This document shows, piece by piece, positions 61,681 to 64,000 of a stretch of DNA of 64,000 nt. The DNA comes from an uncultured virus (IMG/VR IMGVR_UViG_3300031251_000012). Its lineage: Duplodnaviria > Heunggongvirae > Uroviricota > Caudoviricetes. The stretch lies in the IMG/VR virus record IMGVR_UViG_3300031251_000012, one strand, 5' to 3'. The notes beneath the pieces were generated by a model. The model was not told where the DNA came from, did no database searches, and worked only from the letters and a program-made list of their open reading frames with translations. The first letter of the stretch is position 1. Each line of letters starts with the position of its first letter. The position numbers and the translations under genes are program-made.

Positions 61681-62379
61681 TCACGACCACAAGTATTTTC
61701 TAATACCTAATACACGAATAAGCATTTCTTCTAACTTATCTTCGTTTCTTTTATTAAGATTTTGTAAATTATCCCACAATTGTTTTGTATCAGGTGATTT
61801 ACTTCGTTTTGCTTTACTCCAAGCAGTCATCGCATCATCGGCTTCCTTATATTCGAGTTTTCGATCCTTATTCCACCAATGATAGATTGCATAGATTTCA
61901 GTGTATTTATCTAATTGCGTTTGTAAAATTGGTTCTTTTGCAACCTCTTCTGCTGTTGGCATATACATACGCTGACGCAATACGAAGTTAGTCAATAGAT
62001 TGAATATCGCATATACCATTTTTGTATCGGTATCAATATACCCGTGTCGGTAATGATCAGCATCTCCAATCTTATTCCTTTTTGGTTGGCGAAGATCAAG
62101 AATATGATCTCGCTCAATAATGAATGATATGAACCAGTATTTGAAGTCGTGAAGTTTCCATCCAATTAGACTAAGCCAAGCATAACGAATGAATGTCGGA
62201 AGTGTTGATGCGAAAAAGAACTTCACGGGGTAAATCTTTTTTAGGTGATCGTAATAGTCATCCCATGTTGGACTACCATCATCATTACCAAAATCTCTCA
62301 TTGGCATAGCATTGCAGTGATCTGACATTCCTAATTGTTTAGGATTTGGAAACTTGAAAATCTTTGTGAAGTATAGCAT
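61681..62379 (-). CDS. Hypothetical protein
   Basis: Long open frame. Confidence 0.65.
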   Translation of the reverse strand: MLYFTKIFKFPNPKQLGMSDHCNAMPMRDFGNDDGSPTWDDYYDHLKKIYPVKFFFASTLPTFIRYAWLSLIGWKLHDFKYWFISFIIERDHILDLRQPKRNKIGDADHYRHGYIDTDTKMVYAIFNLLTNFVLRQRMYMPTAEEVAKEPILQTQLDKYTEIYAIYHWWNKDRKLEYKEADDAMTAWSKAKRSKSPDTKQLWDNLQNLNKRNEDKLEEMLIRVLGIRKYLWS

Positions 62380-62747
62380 TATTTGACCAATTCCTCTCGT
62401 ATCATAACTCCCAATTCATAAGCGAACTCTTCTCGATCATATTCGGATTTGGGATATCCATCGAAGCCTTTTTGAAAAGATCTAACCCAATTTGTATTCG
62501 TATCTAATAATTTTTCAATTGAATAACCGCGTCCGCTTGCTAAATGTTTTGGTATTTTTTCTTGATCTGCAAGCAACACACACGCTAATGCACAACAAGT
62601 TTGATCTTTTTTTGGTGCCCAGTGTTCTTTGCCTTTTGTAGATTTCCATTCAATTCCCCAAGATTGAATACCAAGTTTTATACCCTTTGTTGTAATGGTC
62701 TTTATAGCATTACGAATAATTTGTTCTCGTTCCCCATCAGTTAGCAT
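62379..62747 (-). CDS. Hypothetical protein
   Basis: Open frame; CCALAC. Confidence 0.6.
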   Translation of the reverse strand: MLTDGEREQIIRNAIKTITTKGIKLGIQSWGIEWKSTKGKEHWAPKKDQTCCALACVLLADQEKIPKHLASGRGYSIEKLLDTNTNWVRSFQKGFDGYPKSEYDREEFAYELGVMIREELVK

Positions 62748-63381
62748 AATATCAATAACTTTTCTAATTGTTTCGCTGTTTTGATATCAAACAATTTATA
62801 ACCATCAAAAACTTTGATTAGCCTTTCCCTACGATCAGGTGATGGAAACATATGCATTATGAATGTATGTTCTTGGCTCCATTCGATTGCATAAGGCTGA
62901 ATATTTTTCATCGCATAACTAAATTTGGTTTCGTCTTCTTCGGTAAAATGTAATATATCACAATCATTACAATATTTATGGTCTAATTCTCCGCTACACC
63001 TAATGCAATGGATATTGGCTGGATGTTTCATATCAATATCAATAACTTTTCTAACTGCTCTTCTGTTCTAATATCGAATAACTTCCAACCATCAAGTTCG
63101 GCAATAGTACCATCCATATATTGACCTGATGTTTTTGATGTTTGGATCCATTCTTCTTTTAGAATAGTTGTTATTTTCTTATTATTAGGAATATCATATT
63201 CCCATCTAATTAGATATTTCAGGCTTATGGTTCGTTCCGCGCATCCCCAGCTTTTGTTATAAAACTTCGGATCGCCATAATATGTAATGGCGCAATCATC
63301 ACATTTACTATTATATATTTGAGTTGCTTCCCGAGTTGTAGATTTACACGATATACAAAAATAGTTTTTATTCGTTGTCAT
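62741..63381 (-). other. Paralogous pair of Zn-ribbon small proteins (62741-63031, 63028-63381)
   Basis: CxxC...CxxC and DG.KLFDI.T..QLEKLLIL tail. Confidence 0.7.
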
Positions 63382-63563
63382 CTTCGTCCGTATCTTTATC
63401 TACCTCTTCAAGCAACTCTCTTTGCTCATTCTTTTGACCACCACGAGGTGTGTTTTTAGATTTCATCGGCGCCATACCAGCCACACGAGAACGCGCAGAT
63501 ATAACATTGGAATTGCGAGGAACGGATTTTGTTTTCTTCTTTTTGTTTTTAGACATTGCGAGC

Positions 63564-63812
63564 CTATGTTAGTATTAGATACTTTTCGATTTCATCGAGA
63601 TATTTTGCATGGTCTTCATAATCTAATTTCCAAGATTTGAAAATTACTTGGAGCGGAAGGGTTTTATTTTCATTATCCCACATGAATGCTTTCACTAATG
63701 TTTTAGGAACATTCATATTACGATTTTCAATAAATCTTGTTATCTCTACCCATGTAGCAACGCCCCCTAATTTATACATATATTCTTTTAGATCATCTTC
63801 ATCTTTGGACAT
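63564..63812 (-). CDS. 'NVxxxL/EKYLIL' family protein
   Basis: NRNMNVPKTL, KYLDEIEKYLILT; the longer ORF start overlaps promoter and hairpin. Confidence 0.65.
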   Translation of the reverse strand: MSKDEDDLKEYMYKLGGVATWVEITRFIENRNMNVPKTLVKAFMWDNENKTLPLQVIFKSWKLDYEDHAKYLDEIEKYLILT

Positions 63813-63876
63813 TTGTATCACCGTGTAGGGAAAACTGCTAGGAACGGCTACCGCTTTGGCGCCGTTCCCTGCTCTA

Positions 63877-63905
63877 ACAATAGCCATCGATTACCGCTTT
63901 GTCAA
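63877..63905 (-). promoter_or_regulatory. sigma70-type promoter followed by a 5' hairpin
   Basis: TTGACA-17 bp-TATTGT; hairpin GGAACGGC...GCCGTTCC at 63841-63868. Confidence 0.7.
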
Positions 63906-64000
63906 GCCCATAATAGTTGAGCAAGGTTTCGCTAAATAATGTCTGGTTGTGTATTGTTTGTTTATGACAAGATTGTTCTACAATCATCTGGCTTTGTTCA

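Noticed and set aside
4741..63828. Most plus-strand ORFs in the six-frame track (e.g. 44147..44677, 6215..6649, 57610..57912)
   Set aside because: Antisense shadows of well-supported minus-strand genes or RNA, with no recognisable motifs; only 9257, 31302 and 32898 were accepted.
1..64000. CRISPR array or cas genes
   Set aside because: No regularly spaced 25-45 nt repeats with unique spacers; the recurring sequences are coding gene ends.
1..64000. Stop-codon reassignment (alternative genetic code)
   Set aside because: Long conserved genes such as the ligase and helicase are intact in the standard code, and TAA, TAG and TGA all act as stops at coupled gene junctions.

Overview
AT-rich, gene-dense segment of a large (jumbo-type) bacteriophage genome. 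Almost all genes lie on the minus strand and read in the standard code. There are no structural, rRNA or host housekeeping operons. Recognisable genes: RNA ligase, two ATP-grasp enzymes, IscA, a Pol-beta-type nucleotidyltransferase, a sterol desaturase-family protein, SLOG/YspA, TrmH, four free-standing nucleases (two HNH, LAGLIDADG, GIY-YIG), a MoxR-like AAA ATPase with VWA/metallopeptidase partner, YeaH/DUF444, NRDE, peptidase E, UvrD helicase, VWA, M20/M28 peptidase, macrodomain, two metallophosphoesterases, NAD-dependent DNA ligase, Pth2, Nudix, 5'-3' exonuclease, EamA and tRNA-Pro(UGG). Most striking unexplained structure: (1) about 45 small, largely unrelated ORFs ending in a shared C-terminal motif like EKYLLLM/EKLLVLK; (2) a ~198-nt structured non-coding RNA candidate starting exactly at a sigma70 promoter, upstream of a stand-alone IleRS C-terminal-domain gene; (3) five tandem 450-555 aa paralogues with an invariant WDIxTxSMRGIxSCQxW core; (4) RBS-sequestering hairpins with a TGATATA loop in front of homing endonuclease genes. 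All family calls come from motif recognition by eye; no searches were run.
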